From Phoronis australis (taxonomy: Eukaryota; Animalia; Phoronida), in assembly GCA_002633005.1 (NCBI GenBank), contig NMRA01000030.1, forward strand, positions 381,980-445,979: 64,000 nucleotides of DNA, given 5' to 3'. This document shows, in pieces, positions 34,250 through 47,829 of this stretch. Each line of letters begins with the position of its first letter. Position 1 is the first letter of the stretch. The position numbers and the translations under genes were made by a program. The notes under the pieces are model-generated. The model had not been told where the DNA came from, ran no database searches, and worked only from the letters and a program-made list of their open reading frames with translations.

Positions 34250-36127
34250 TGCAGTTAAAAAGAAACTTTATTGATTAAACAAACACACGTAATTTATAAC
34301 GATAAATAATATTATAGTCAATCGAAAACCAATACAGCTGTTTTGTCCGAGTGCGGACAGCACCCGGAGTTATTAATTTTTTTGTTGTTAGTGAAAACAA
34401 GACTTGACTGGTTACAACATACAACAATAAAGAAGAGAATTGTAAACATTGTTTAGACATGACTAATTACCAACTATAGCTTTCGTTATAATCTTAATAT
34501 CCCAAAATTTCTTCAAAAATGCTACGTACCCGTGGATTAAAAAATGGCAGAATTGGGGAAAGATGGAATTCCGTAATGTTCCATAAATGATCAATCTGCT
34601 TAGTTTTGAAAACATTGTTTTCTGGCTATTTAAAAGATATATGTATTCACTAAAATAGAGAAACGCCTGAAGGTAGCTCTACACGATCAGACTTCATGCA
34701 AACCTAGACGCCCTTTAAAAGTTCAATTCATCGCAAATTCATCAACAAAAATACTAAAACAATTTGCAGCTTTTAAAAACAAGCCAGTCAGATATTTCAG
34801 TGCTTGTACACCTGGCAAAAAGTTTCTGCTCGTACTGAAAAAGATGTGTTCAAAAAGAGACGAATTCATACTTAAGGTCCAGTATGCTGTACCTTTAAAG
34901 AACATATTCATATCTTTGAAGTCTGTATAACATTTCAAAAGCTGTATAAGACACAAAACTGTGCAAGGGGTGTGCTAAAACGATAATATTGGAGCCTCTC
35001 TTTGCGGAACCCAAAACTTGACTTGGTGCTAAAAATCCTTTCAGTCTAAAATATCTAGACCCCGTGCTCCATTATGGTGATAAAACGTGCAGTAAAACTA
35101 ACTCGGAGAAGTGTGCAATTGTTACTATAACATAACGACTAAATAGATATACTCTAGAATCGTAACAAACGTATTATACGCATACATAAACTTAATAAAA
35201 CAACAAATTAAGAAGAGACAATATCGTTTGAAGGGACGAGAGGTTTCATCATCTTGTTCTTCGATGTCCTTGAGCAGACGTGCTCCTGCAACACAAAACA
35301 AATGTAGGAATTACAGTAGGCTTCTCCAGGTAACATACGAGCTAGTCTGCGTTAATACATGTGATGTACAACACACGAATGAAATTCGCGCTCAATTATT
35401 ACAGGGAAAATCGTTTCCCATAACCTTACCAAAAGGTGAACCTAGACTGAGAGCTGTGAGCTCTGCTGTCTCAAGTGAACAAATATCTGAGCTGACAGCT
35501 AACGTCAAGGTGTGAAAATTGAATGAACCAGACATTTCATTCTCTCCTCGAGGTTATTTGTCAGCTCATATATCACGCAGGTAGCTCAGTTCAGTTCAGT
35601 TGTACCTATCTGTCTCTTGTACTAGCCACTCACTGTACAATAAACAGCCCGTACACCAGACGTGCTCAGGCCACACGGTTGGGCCCTCTGCAGGTGATCA
35701 GTGCAATGGACCCAAAGTATGCCGTAGACATCGTAAATGACCGAGAACACCAGCTTACATTTTATCTTCCAGGTGTAGCTTCTGGTCGACAAGGGGATTT
35801 CTTGTACCGTTAATTACTTTCGTCATTGTACTTCAGATTTCAGATTCTTTTCCCTCTATTAACCAATCCAACTGCATGTGATCTTTTCCCTCTTATCAAT
35901 CCCAACTGTATGTGATCCTTTCCATTGAAAGTTTTTAAAAAATTCATTTCCCAAGAGGAGCTGTTGGAGATTATAAACACCTAAAAAGCTGGTGTTGATC
36001 TTTCAGTTTTACAAAAAGGCTCATACGTATAACCGGTGCTTATTCAAGCGGCTCGTACGTCATGGACGTATATGGATTTGAACGACTGATGAAAGGCTTC
36101 AGGATACGAACAGGTGTAAAATAATAC
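34250..36127 (-). promoter_or_regulatory. Probable CPEB1 3' UTR (about 1.9 kb) with AATAAA at 34272-34267 and CPE-like motifs
   Basis: Minus-strand AATAAA at 34272-34267; TTTTTTAAT at 34544-34536, TTTTAT at 35085-35080, TTTTATT at 35200-35194. The end point is inferred; there is no transcript data. Confidence 0.55.
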
Positions 36128-39100
36128 CTAGTTCATAAAGTTGGAGCATCCGGTGGTTTGGGTGTTAGTCTTAGAGTTGCGCATGAGAGGCTTGTGGTTG
36201 CGTAGTGCGTCGAGTGAGTGTTGCCACTGCCAGCAAGAGCGACAGAAGTACTTGAAGCAACTAGAGTCGCGGCAGAAGTAGGGACCTTGTTGGATGTTGC
36301 ACGTGTTGCACATGGACTCTTCCAAGTAGGGATCTACCTGGACCTGGTGCGAAAGAGGAAGATGTTTTAGGGGTTGTCATTTTTTTCTTGAGAAATTTCT
36401 TCTGTGCAAGTGATATCTTTATCACGACTAACGATGTTCTAACGAAAAAATCTAACATTTCCATTTTCTGTCTCAAAACACGAGGTTAAAATACTGGGAA
36501 AGCAATTGCTGAAGTCTAGTCCATCTGTGGTGGAAATCGGTATCTTAAGATTTATCATCAATACTTCGACAGTAGGAAATCAAATGATGACGTCGTATGT
36601 TTTGGTTCGACTTTTATCCAAAGCAAAATTGTGCCAGATGGCAACAAACTAAAGCTTATTCTGTATTGTAGCGTTTCTATGATCAGTCGCTTCCCCTACT
36701 CTTCAGCCATTTTTGCCGAGAAAGCGTACAGTAAACTTCCAAGCTGAATGGCGAGATTATTCTATAGGTAATCACCTTTTTCACGAACTTGGGAGTCTTG
36801 ATCTCCACAAAGGCCGCCGAAATGGCCTTCATGTAACTCTTGTGGGTGCTGAAGGTCACACGGCCGGAACCTGCCAATACCAACAATGTTATCTCCTCAT
36901 TGCCACCACAATAAACGACAATCAGCGACGGTGTAATCAATACTCTTTCTGAAACCTATTGATTTATTTACACCAACTTCAAGCATATTTTTATAGACAT
37001 GGGATTTCGGCCGGTCAGTGTTCAGGGGCGGATCCAGGATTTTTATTTAGGGGGGGCCAGAGTAGANTTTTATTTAGGGGGGCCAGAGTAGAGTATTAGC
37101 CAGAATTTTGCCCCCGAACTGCCAAATGGAATCTGGGAGTTTTAGGGGGGCCATGGCCCCCTTGGCCCCCCCCCTCTAAATCCGCCACTGATGTTACAGG
37201 AGCACGGGTATTAGGAAGTTTTAGGAAATTAGCCACATTAAACTTGAAACAAATTGAGAAAAATGTTTTACTTTTGAATCCCCGTGATAGAATGTATTCT
37301 TGTCTGAACATGGTGTGAAGCTTGTGAACAAAAAGTTGGGAGACTAAGCCTGCACCGGACACGATCGATTGTCATGAAAATAATGTTTGGTCTCTCGACT
37401 TAAAGATCTAGTATGCTTTAATGCAACTTTACTTGCTATTGATGCTTTAAAATGGAATGAGAGTTTTGTCAACGATGCCTACCAATGGGATATTTGTGTT
37501 TATCTGTGTCGATTCCAGCGTAGACAACATTGCCAAAAAGGTCGTTCATAACTTGAGCGAGTGCTTCCGCGTTCAGCATTCCATGCAAAGCACCAACGAA
37601 CACGGTCTTGTGAGGGTCCAGTCGCTGCGATGGCTGGCGAACAAAGTTACTGTCGCTAAGAACCCATGGAACAACTTGTACCTATGCAAAACAAGAGAAA
37701 CGCTGAAAACTGGGAGACCAATTCGAAATCGATTTTCTATGCGAGATCATCACTGAAACGTGTCAATAGGTTGTCATCTTGTCGTGAATTTCATTTCCAT
37801 CTTTGGCAGAGATTTGTATTAATCTGCTGTGAATGATTTTCATACCGTATACTTCGACATATATTTCACCAACTTACGATCTCCTTTCGGTGTCTGAAAA
37901 CACACATGTCGAACATAAATTGTATTTGAACTTCGCTTAGACTACATGAAATGCTTCGGTTAGGTCTCATCCCAATTTGACATAAGCGCTACCTCACCTC
38001 TTTACTGCGCATACGACGACTAGATATCTTAAAGTAGTATTCACCGCCGTTGGCGAAATCGTGGTGGCAGACATGAAGCAGGGATTTCACGGCCTTTTCA
38101 CTGTCGAACAAGATGTATACATAGCCTGCAACCATTAATGGGGACTCATTTTTATACATTCGAATTTAAAGTGAGTTGGAAGAACGATGTACAATGACTA
38201 AATTGTGATAACTGTAGTACAATGAAATATTACGATGCCAGCTGAGTAATAAATAATGTAGATCTGTTTCTGTACCTATGGGGTGTAATAGGGCACGAAG
38301 GTACTCGATGAAACCTCCCTGCCTTACCTTTTTCAGCCATAGTAGAGACCCTTTTTTAAAATTCTGATTCCACTCTATTATGTCATTTATTTAAAAAATA
38401 TTAATCCGGATTTGGCCTATTAACAGAGATTTTAAAATATCTAAAATTTTCGAAGAATTCTTTTATGATCGGCATACGTTTCATTTTCCGTGTTGTTACG
38501 ACATAAAAACCTGGATTATAAAGGATTCATTCTGTGTTCTAGTCTCGTAATTTTCAAAAAAATTCAGTTCCAACATTTAGAAACCCGTCGTTTAAAAATC
38601 GACTTGTGCCTTCACTGTCAGATCTTACATAACCAGCCGGTTTGCGACAGAAAAAAATCTGCAAAAGACAATCGTCTTAGTAAATGTCGTCCATGCATGC
38701 CCCTTGACCAAATGCAAATAAGTTTCATTCAACTGTCCCAGTCTATAAGACCAGACGAATTCCCATCAGCTATAAAGATGTTCGTACATATTGACCTAAC
38801 TTGCTGCGTGCTCGAAAAACTAAAAATGGCGCCACCATGTTGTAATTATGGAATATATAGAATTGATGGTATGTATTGGGAATGGACTGTGCGAGAAGCA
38901 CACGCGCTGTCTTTTGCTTCACTTGGCACTGGTACATTGAATAATCGACAAGTAACGTTTTGATTTGCAAATTTAGGGTAATTAGCGTTCCACGAGGTTT
39001 ATACTTATTTAGACAGAATACGATTCTTTGTGTCCCCCTCCCCCTATTATTTCTAGGACTACACCATATCTGCGTGATTACCTTTATGAACGGCACTCCC

Positions 39101-42100
39101 TTTTCCGCCGCCAGGATAGCGGCCATTTTTGTCCTTGCCTGGCCACTCGATGCGAACTGAGCCAAATACGCCAAAAGCACCCTGCAGAGAAGCTGAAACG
39201 ATGTACAATACATTTCTATTATAACGCCAATTTCCTTATATTTTATACTTGTTGTAGCAATTTGTAAACATTTTGTACCGCAGTTGATGAAGCCTATGCT
39301 GGAATTTCTCGTTGCCTTAGCACATCATTTTTGAGGCGGCAGATCTTTTTGATCAGGCGGCTGATGATATGAACGTACCATCTTTTATAGAACTATCATA
39401 ACAGATGCAAGTTAAGATAACGAAGTAAATAGTTCTTTACAAAATATTGCGAAAATAGAAATTGTTATTGGACCAACTAAGCCTCCTCAATGTATGCTCA
39501 GATTTATTTTGTCTTTCTTGCTGTGAATGCTAATCCTAGTGGTTCAATCCCACGTGCGAGGTCCCCAGCACTAAGGAATCACTACACATCTGAAATGTAC
39601 CTTCCGTGATGTCCCACGGGACGCCCCCAAGAAACACTTTGCAGGAATATGTAGGGTTCTTGTAAACCTTCGGTGGCAGCTGTCCACTCCATGTGCAGGT
39701 GGCTTCACAGATAGCTGTGAAAAGGCAGGTGGTTACAAAACGTTTAGTTTGAGTAAGGGGATTAGGTGACAAACTGCTAATTAACAGAAATTCAGTAAAA
39801 TTTATGATCTTAGAATAGACTCACTGGGTGTATGTGTGTTTTTTACAAATCAAACCCAATGAAACAGAAACATATTTACCTTGCCTGTATTAATTGCAGA
39901 TATTTATACGCATTTATAGATTTGGTCTGCAAATTATACTCTGACAAAAAAGCAGAGTGAAATTATTCAAAGTTGCTTAGTGAATGGAAACAAAAATGAA
40001 AACTTTAATCTTTCACATCCAAATAAGTTACGACTACATCTGAAAAATGAAAACGATTAATATCCGTGTAGCGGTTTACTAGCGGCGCTCCTGTAGTTTC
40101 TGGCCGCCCTCTCAATGGAGTTGGGGTCCGAGTTGGTGGTGAATAGCGAGTTGACGTTGGTAGACCAGCGCTTGTCGTGGCCGAACAGCTCGCTTGGTTC
40201 TTCTTCCTTGATTGGCTCCAGGCTGTTCAGTAACAAGTTACTTCGGAATATGTTCGCCAGTTCTTCCACCGATGGAATTGAAGGGTTAGCGGTGGTACCG
40301 ACATTTAGAGAGCTCTGAAAATGTTAGAACATATTCAAGTCAATGTGCATGCGTAATTTGCTTAGGGAGTGTTGAGTTATACATATCCCACTAAAAATGA
40401 ATAAAAGTTCAACCACAGAGTAGGGATACGTTTCGCAAATGATCACGTGCTTCGCTTGTAACGCCTGAAGGCATCTCACAAAGTATTGCGTTTACGCCGG
40501 GTTCTTGCATTTCAGTACCGAACGAAACACACGACTTCCAACAGGATTTGACCAACTATGTGATCTAGCACAAGTGGCTACGATCACTCGAAAGCACTTG
40601 GTTACATACTGTTATTAGTTATCTCATAAATTTACGATAGCTTGTATACTGATCTAGACTATTTCAACATAGTGAATGCGGAAACATCACTCACTATACT
40701 TACCATCAACTCCAGCAGTGCTGTATCTGAACCTTCGCTACTGATGCCGCTAGTGTCCGAGTCACAAGGCGAAGGACTGCGGGTTAGGTAGCGACCAGTG
40801 GAGTATGAGTTGATGGACGGAAGATCACTGCTGAAGGAGGATATTGGGGCGGACGAGAAGGAGGGAGACGGGCAGTCGCTGGAAAAGAATTAGGGTGGTG
40901 GTTTCTTTCTATTGGGAAGTTGGTGGCAAACGCTGCATCAAAAAGAAAATCCAGTATTCTGTGTTGCAATAAGTAGCCGACAATGCATCAAGCCATCACA
41001 ATGAAATAGTAGTTTTTAAAACTTGATAAAAGTGCTGAGCCCCGGTGATTTGATCTTGCTCCATAAAAGCTGCTCTTCTATTAATCCATTTGTGTTTCGG
41101 TTTTTATCATCAATCGTCAATGTTGCCGTTCTTTAGGCCTACTAAGCATTACATTAAGGGAGAGTAAGCTCAAACAAAACTACGTTATCCCCACTAACAA
41201 ATTTGTGCCAAACTGCGACCAGAGTCTCGCAAGTCATTTTCATATTTTTGCGTGGATTTTCGGAAAATCGTAGGCCATGCGTTGGTGCTTTGATTTATGT
41301 TTGTGAGGCGTTATCGGAATTAGTTGCGAGTATGCTGGTCCACGTAGTCGTAACGTGTATCTTTTTATACTGAAATATTGAGATTAATATCTCTTTTTGG
41401 AATGGACTAATGCTAAACGCAACAAATTCGTCTTTACTATAGCCTCGCTCCAACCTCCAGGGAACAGACAGTTTCGTGTAAGCCGAAATGATACAGTCAA
41501 GTTCCTGTCCTTATTCCTGTCATTTGGAAAGTCATGCGAGTTGATACTCGGGCAATGTGTTTCCATTATCCTGGAGGCATCAGCATGTAATTAAAAGTAA
41601 AAAAAAATGTTTTGATGAGGGGACCAATCTTTTTGCTATGATGCTCTACATCATTTCTATGACCTATCATGAACAAGAGTAAATCAGACCCGTCTAGTCT
41701 CTGCTATGATACTAGTCTAGTCTTTACTGCACCTTGAGTAAGAGCCTCTCCTGTCGGCTGTGATTGGTCGATATTTAGTAAACGAGTTCTCGCTGTTCAC
41801 GTCCGTCAAACATTCTAAAGTGCGGTTACAGATGGCGCCAGGTATGACGTCACAGCTGGCATTGGTGCCTGTAGTGCGTGGTAGCAGGGTACTTGTGCTG
41901 GTGGTGGCATTCCACTGAGGTTGGTAACCTGACGACACAGCAAACGATGGTTATGTAGTGTAGGCGAACAAATCGTTTACACATAATGCGGCTGTGAAAA
42001 ATACAGTCAGGTTATATATTTTGGAAGTAGAGACACAATCAAGTTTGATACAGAGTGTGCATGTGGAGAACCACATTATGCAAGAACATCCCTATTGTAA

Positions 42101-45100
42101 TAAAGAATTACAAAGAATATAGCCTTCACTGATATCGTCAAAATGTTGTCCACCTCACCAAATTTGACACTAACCGGAATAAAAGCAGCTTGCTGTGTCT
42201 TGCAATCCGTAGGACGTTGGCAGGAAGGCTTCCGGGTGGTTTGTGGGCATGGGTGGGTAGGCTGAAACAAAGGCACGCAGGCACAAAGTGAAGCCTAGGT
42301 CCTCCAGATGGACACAAAGACTTGAAATGTACAGTATCACTTCTAGGGACGACTTTTAGGTGAATTTTCTGTCGCTTCACTACTGCACTCTAGCTGTTGT
42401 TATATCTTGCCTGCCCCGTGAAAGACGTTTTTTAATTATGTGAATGTAGTTTGTAGGCTATGTAAAACTATAAGCACAGGCTTTGGCAAACAAGAGCCCC
42501 TACAATTGTGCCACAAGCGATACACTGCTAGACTGAGGTATTCATCTATAGCAGGTAATTTACTTGAGTTAGCTTGGCCACCGTGATATCATAGCTAGCT
42601 GGAAATCAACTGGTCCTGGTGCATACTGCCGTGCAGTTTTCTGGACCCGTCAGCAAATCAGCCAAGCTATTTTGACAATAGTCAACATACAAGTAATGTC
42701 TTGTAAAAGACCAAAATGGTCCAACCTAACCCATAAGTAAAGCTGGATTTCGCCCTTTTGAGTACTGCAAAACCAAAGTCGAATAATATCCTTTTACCGT
42801 CATGAAGTCAGTTTTCATGCTATTCCTTCAGTGAGAGTATTGGGGTTGGTCATCTTAGAAATTGCGTATCTCAGTCATAAAACCGCTTTTCAAGTTTCAT
42901 CAAAAACACTCCAACTACAAGTGTAACTAAGTTCATAGATATATGGCCACCGTGTGCATAGCAAGCGGTGAAGGTACAAGAGGTGATCAATTTCATGCAG
43001 TTCCACCGTAGTGTGATCCATTCGACAATCAACATCAGATGTGCTCTAGTCGTTAGGAACATGCAGGTCAAGTTTACTGAAGATCCACCGAAGAGTTTGG
43101 TGGATTCAATGGCGCACCCTGCTACAGTTGTCTTCAGTCAAATCAATATCCGTGTTTTCCTGAACAGAAACCAATTCGCAAATTTCGCAAAAACTTGACA
43201 GATTGAGACAGAGGCAACTCCGCCATGATATTTCTGTAAAGTTTTGCGAAAAAAGCCATTTTGACAATAATTGACGGAGATGCAACATTGTTATCCAAAA
43301 CTAAGACGACCAATAGGGGGTGCCACGGTAGCAGAGTATGAAAATTGACTGTGAAGACGAATTCTGCAAATTTCGTTACCATTTGTAGTCAAGCGATTTC
43401 TGAGATAATCGAACCAAGCAAGTAGGCCTAATGACGAACAACGGACGGGTGGGACGCTGACAAAAATTGTGTTCGTATTGAAAGCAACCAAAGATACAGT
43501 TGCTGATGGGTGCCAAAAACAGGGACCTTCTTGTTGTTGATGCTGGTCTAATATTGTTTATGTTCGATGTATGTACCGAAATGATATCTACCATGTGGAG
43601 AGTGTCTGTAACGAATAGTTCATGGTAATACCGAACGAAGCATAAGACAATACAAACTTCACACTAATCGACTAAAGTTCATGAATCCTTATTTTTCCCG
43701 ATTTAATTTTGTTTTGAGTTGCTTAAAATTGAAATTAGGCAACTGTTTTCGAGAACTTTTTCTCACACTGAGGTCATTGGTATTTAATTGCCAATGTTTC
43801 AGACGTTTGGGTGTACAGACTATCATGGTTTGTATGGACGTATAACGTGCAAGAATAATCGGTGCAATTTGAACTTTAACCGTCTTTTTCCACAGCAAAT
43901 TGTAACTTTATGCATGATCATTTTCAAAATTTACGGTCAATGTTTCTACTAGACCTGAGGAACTCGCGGGTATGCTTCCAAAATAAGCCCGGCATCGTAC
44001 ATATGTTTTTTCGTGTTAGTCAACCCCTGGCTTCTAGTCGACTCCACATCTATTGATAGGGTCATTAATAGGCTTATGGGTAATCAACATGTTCCAACCG
44101 CTTCCGCTGGGGGTGACAAACTTGTATAAAGAGCCCTAGCTTTTATTTGTACTCTTACCTCTTGCTACGTCCGAGATGACACCAAGATTGTTCAGGTCCA
44201 ATGAATTGTCCAACAAGGCGTTTATCTTCTTCAAAATGTCCGGATTATATTGGGCAGGCATCAATGAGTTAGTAAAGCCAGGCGGAGGCTGTCAAATGAA
44301 AAGAATTTATAATATTTGCTATATGGTTTGGACACATCATGCAGTTATAAGCCCTCCAGCGGCCATTATTTTGCAATATTGATCGCTCATACCATCATAA
44401 TTAACTGCTGTTATGGTGACGCCGGGTTAATTCCTTTTAAAAAATATTGTAAAGTAATGGAAATTCCATCGCGATCCTAGGATGTTCCTGTTCACAAGCC
44501 ATTACTTCATTACTGTGCCTTCAACGTGTCATCGAACTAGGCTGTTTTTATACTGGTAGGTGCACGCTTAGTTTGTTGAGACCCAGGTTACTAATTGATG
44601 TTTGTAGATTTTTTGTGTTCAAAACGACTGCAAACAGGGTATCTTTCACAAAATATAATTGACTCTCCGTTTGTCCATTCCGAGCATCACAGGAAGTTCT
44701 TTTCAAAAAGCCTCCAAAGCGTTTTGGGTAAAATATTCAAGATGACTGACCGAACAAGTGATCGGCATACAGTCGAAAGCCTAAACTTAAGACTTTCCAC
44801 GAATAATTTAGCGGAGGTTATTACGTAACTATGACTTTCACACTCGGTCAAAAATATGATAATGACCTCGGCTTCACCTCGGGTATCACATGTTTTGGGG
44901 TCTGAAAGTCATTTGCATATTTTCCATTAATTTTTCTTCCTCAATTCCCGCCTATGACTGGACGAATTTTGCCACATAGCCTAGTCCGGTAAAAAATGTC
45001 ATATGGCAATTGTTTATTTCAAAACATCTTGTTTCAAATTCTGTCATAACTTTAGGTAACAAGAACAACGCCGAGCGTTGAAATGCGCCCACGAATGCAC

Positions 45101-47156
45101 CGCAAACGATGTGCTTATAGGGGTGTTTATTTGGAACATAAAAATGGCCTCTAGATGACGCAAAATAGGTCAAATCCATCCGAAAACTGGTATGTGTAAT
45201 CAAAGCTATTTACCAAATTTCTTAAAAATCCGTCGAAGAACATTTGAAAAACTGAGGAAAACGAAAAAAATGAAATTGCCGGGAGGAGGCTATAGGCACA
45301 AAAAACATAACTGCCTCCAAGAGGCGCCACAGTATATGAAGTTGTGGGAAAATCATCGTCAGACTTCCTCCTCACATTAGGAACATACATGCCAATTTTC
45401 CCAACCATCCTTGTAGTGGTTTGGATGACAGAGGGGCAAACGCCAAGTAACAAGACTGGAAAACAGTAAAAACAAGTAAAAATGGCCACTAGGTGGCGCA
45501 AAATACAACGAATCAAACTGAAAACCGGGGGATAGCGTCAGCGCACTAATAGATGTTTATCTGCCAAATTTTATGAAAATCCGTTGAGTACCTCTGAAGA
45601 TATAGAGGTGAAACTAAAATAATAAAATTGCCACTAGGGGGCACACCGGTAATCCGATCCATCCGAAAGTAGTCTTTGTTGTCAAGTCCACATAAATACA
45701 TGGGCATAAAAAACTGGAACTAGGAGGCGCCACAGTTGTTGAGGTCATTGGAAAATCATCACATTAAGCACCTACATGCCAATTTCCACAATCAACCTTA
45801 ATGTGGTTTGGTTGACAGAGGGGCAGATGTCAAAAACCGACTCGAAAACAGTAAAAATGTCCACTAGGTGGCGCAAAATGCCTCGAATTCAACTGAAAAC
45901 CGGATGATAGCGTCACCTCACTAATAGATGCCCATTTGCCAAATTTTATGAAAATAAGTTGACGACCTTTGAAGATACAGTGGTAAATGTAAAAAATAAA
46001 ATTGCCACTAGGGAGCACACCGTTGAGTCCGAAAATCGTCGTCCTCTCAGTGTTGTCAACTTCATGAATACACCAGAAAAATTCAATAAAGATCCTGTAG
46101 AGCATTTAGGATATGCAGCCATGGGCGCAAAAACAAACAGTAGTCGAAATCGTCGGAAAATCATCGTCAGCTGCCCTTTTCGAAGTAAGAACATTATATA
46201 TATCTGCCAATTTTCAAAATCATCCCTATAATGCGGTTTGGTTGATAGACGGGCGGACTGAGATTCGAAAACAGTGAAAATGGCCACTGGGTGGCGCAAA
46301 GTACCTCGAATCCGTCCAAAAACGGGAGGATGGAATCATATCACTAATATATGCATAACTGTCAAATTTTATGAAAATCCGTTGAGGACCTCCGAAGATA
46401 CAGAGCTAAGTGTAAAAAAAAATAAAATTCCCACTAGGGTTCACACCGGTAATCGGAGAGGTCCGAAATTCGTCGTCATCCGTCGTCAGCTTCATAGGAA
46501 CACATCTGCCAAATCTCATCAAGATCCTGTAAGGGGCTTAGGAGGTGCGGACGCCGGACACCATTCCCCACACATACCATCCCCCCTACACATTTCTAGA
46601 TCACGTAATTTCCCACTCTTATACCTTTGTGAGATCATACATCCGCACTGCGTACTACGCAAACTCTTTCTTCCCATCTTCCGACTTTCGCAATAGTCTC
46701 CCACAACATGCCATCTCATCAGAAACAATGGAGATGTTCACGGGTCGCATCTCAAACATCAACCTTACTCAGTAAACAATAAAACTTGTTTTTATTCTGG
46801 CACTAACCCGCACTTTGTTTTGTTTTGTTGTTATTTTCACAGTTATACACAGCTCAGTTTATCACTAACATGCGCCAACATATAAGAATCGTTATCTCGA
46901 TCGTTTTGTTGAAAATTGGAAGAAGAAATGACGTCACAACTCTTGTCATGTCGAACTGTCATCGTCATCTCCATCATGTGCGATAATTAGGTACCCATTC
47001 AAGTCTATCGACAGAGACGGTGAACAGTCAAAAGCGAACAATGTCAACTCAGTTTGTTTTTCTGGGAAATGTTGTCAAATTTATTTATTGTCATACCCAA
47101 TGCCAACTGCTAGTACGATAAGAGGTTAAATCTCCACCTACCGAAGACGCTGCCAT
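36128..47156 (-). CDS. CPEB1: Cytoplasmic polyadenylation element-binding protein 1 (CPEB1/Orb subfamily), 11 coding exons, about 537 aa
   Basis: Exons (minus): 47156-47142 (MAASS, tentative), 44288-44159 ([18 protein letters not shown]), 41928-41733 (weak donor, tentative), 40878-40704 ([14 protein letters not shown]), 40314-40080, 39714-39601 ([25 protein letters not shown]), 39192-39082, 38125-37998, 37681-37483 ([27 protein letters not shown]), 36870-36776 (SGRVTF), 36343-36128 (ZZ finger, [23 protein letters not shown]). All phases are consistent. Confidence 0.95.
37023..37190. mobile_element. Short GC-rich MITE in a CPEB1 intron (contains an N with duplicated flanks)
   Basis: Inverted ends CAGGGGCGGATCCAG / CTAAATCCGCCACTG with G and C runs. 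Confidence 0.65.
44810..46740. mobile_element. Non-coding interspersed element with internal 340-420 bp tandem units (Helitron/Helentron-like, tentative)
   Basis: Stem-loop at 44831-44912 (ATGACTTTCA..CTCGGCTTCACCTCG..TGAAAGTCAT). AAAATGGCCACTAGGTGGCGCAAAA recurs near 45140, 45478, 45853 and 46277, with AAATTTTATGAAAATCCGTTGAG copies. Boundaries are approximate. Confidence 0.55.
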
Positions 47157-47829
47157 ATCTTTACACGCGAAAAGAAATGAAACCTCGGAATAAATTGCTT
47201 CTTCCGTCTGCACTGTTCAAAGTCGGCTGATAAACTGACACAAGGTATTTTATTTTCTCTCACACTTGAAAACATCACATGCTTCGGTCAACTGTGGGCA
47301 TTTGCTGGGGACTTTGCTGCGTCACTTAGATATTCAAATTTTACCTCAATGGTGAGGCCTACTGTGAGTCTGCGACCCTCATGGTGAAGCAAGCTTAACT
47401 TGAATAGGCTGACGGACTCCTGCAGTGAACGCGACGGGGGTCACGTCTCAGTTACGGGTCAGCTAACCATCAAAAACGCTTGAAGGCTTACCAGGGTAGA
47501 ACTGCATTAGCTGTTTTAGTTCGCGGCGAGAAACTCGGCCAAAATTACTTGCTTTTATTTAAAACAAACGCCGCTATCTCGTGTAATCTAGCGAAATCTT
47601 GCGTTTCTAACAAAGTGCTAGACTTCATGAAACTCTTCGCTGAACTGGACAACGGCGTGACCAGGCCCTCAGTACCTGCCTGTAAATAACTATTTACACC
47701 TAAACGTGGAAAAATTGGCAACGATATAGGTTTATCATGTCTTAGACAGTTTGTAAATATGACTATTAACATTAGTTTTTCGATTGTTTTTAAAAATGTA
47801 ATTTGTTCTTATGCAGCAGATTGACAGAG

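Noticed and set aside
37040-37095. 27-bp direct repeat around a single N
   Set aside because: Most likely a contig-join artefact.
41384-41570. Possible extra CPEB1 exon ([11 protein letters not shown]..) after a minus-strand acceptor-like site
   Set aside because: No phase-compatible donor was found, and the flanking exons already join in frame.
42871-43594. Overlapping short ORFs in a CPEB1 intron
   Set aside because: No recognisable domain, and stops occur in all frames after the candidate acceptor.
36344-47141. HDV-like (CPEB3-type) ribozyme in CPEB introns
   Set aside because: The gene is CPEB1 subfamily and no nested double-pseudoknot pattern was recognised by eye. An Infernal search would be needed to exclude it fully.
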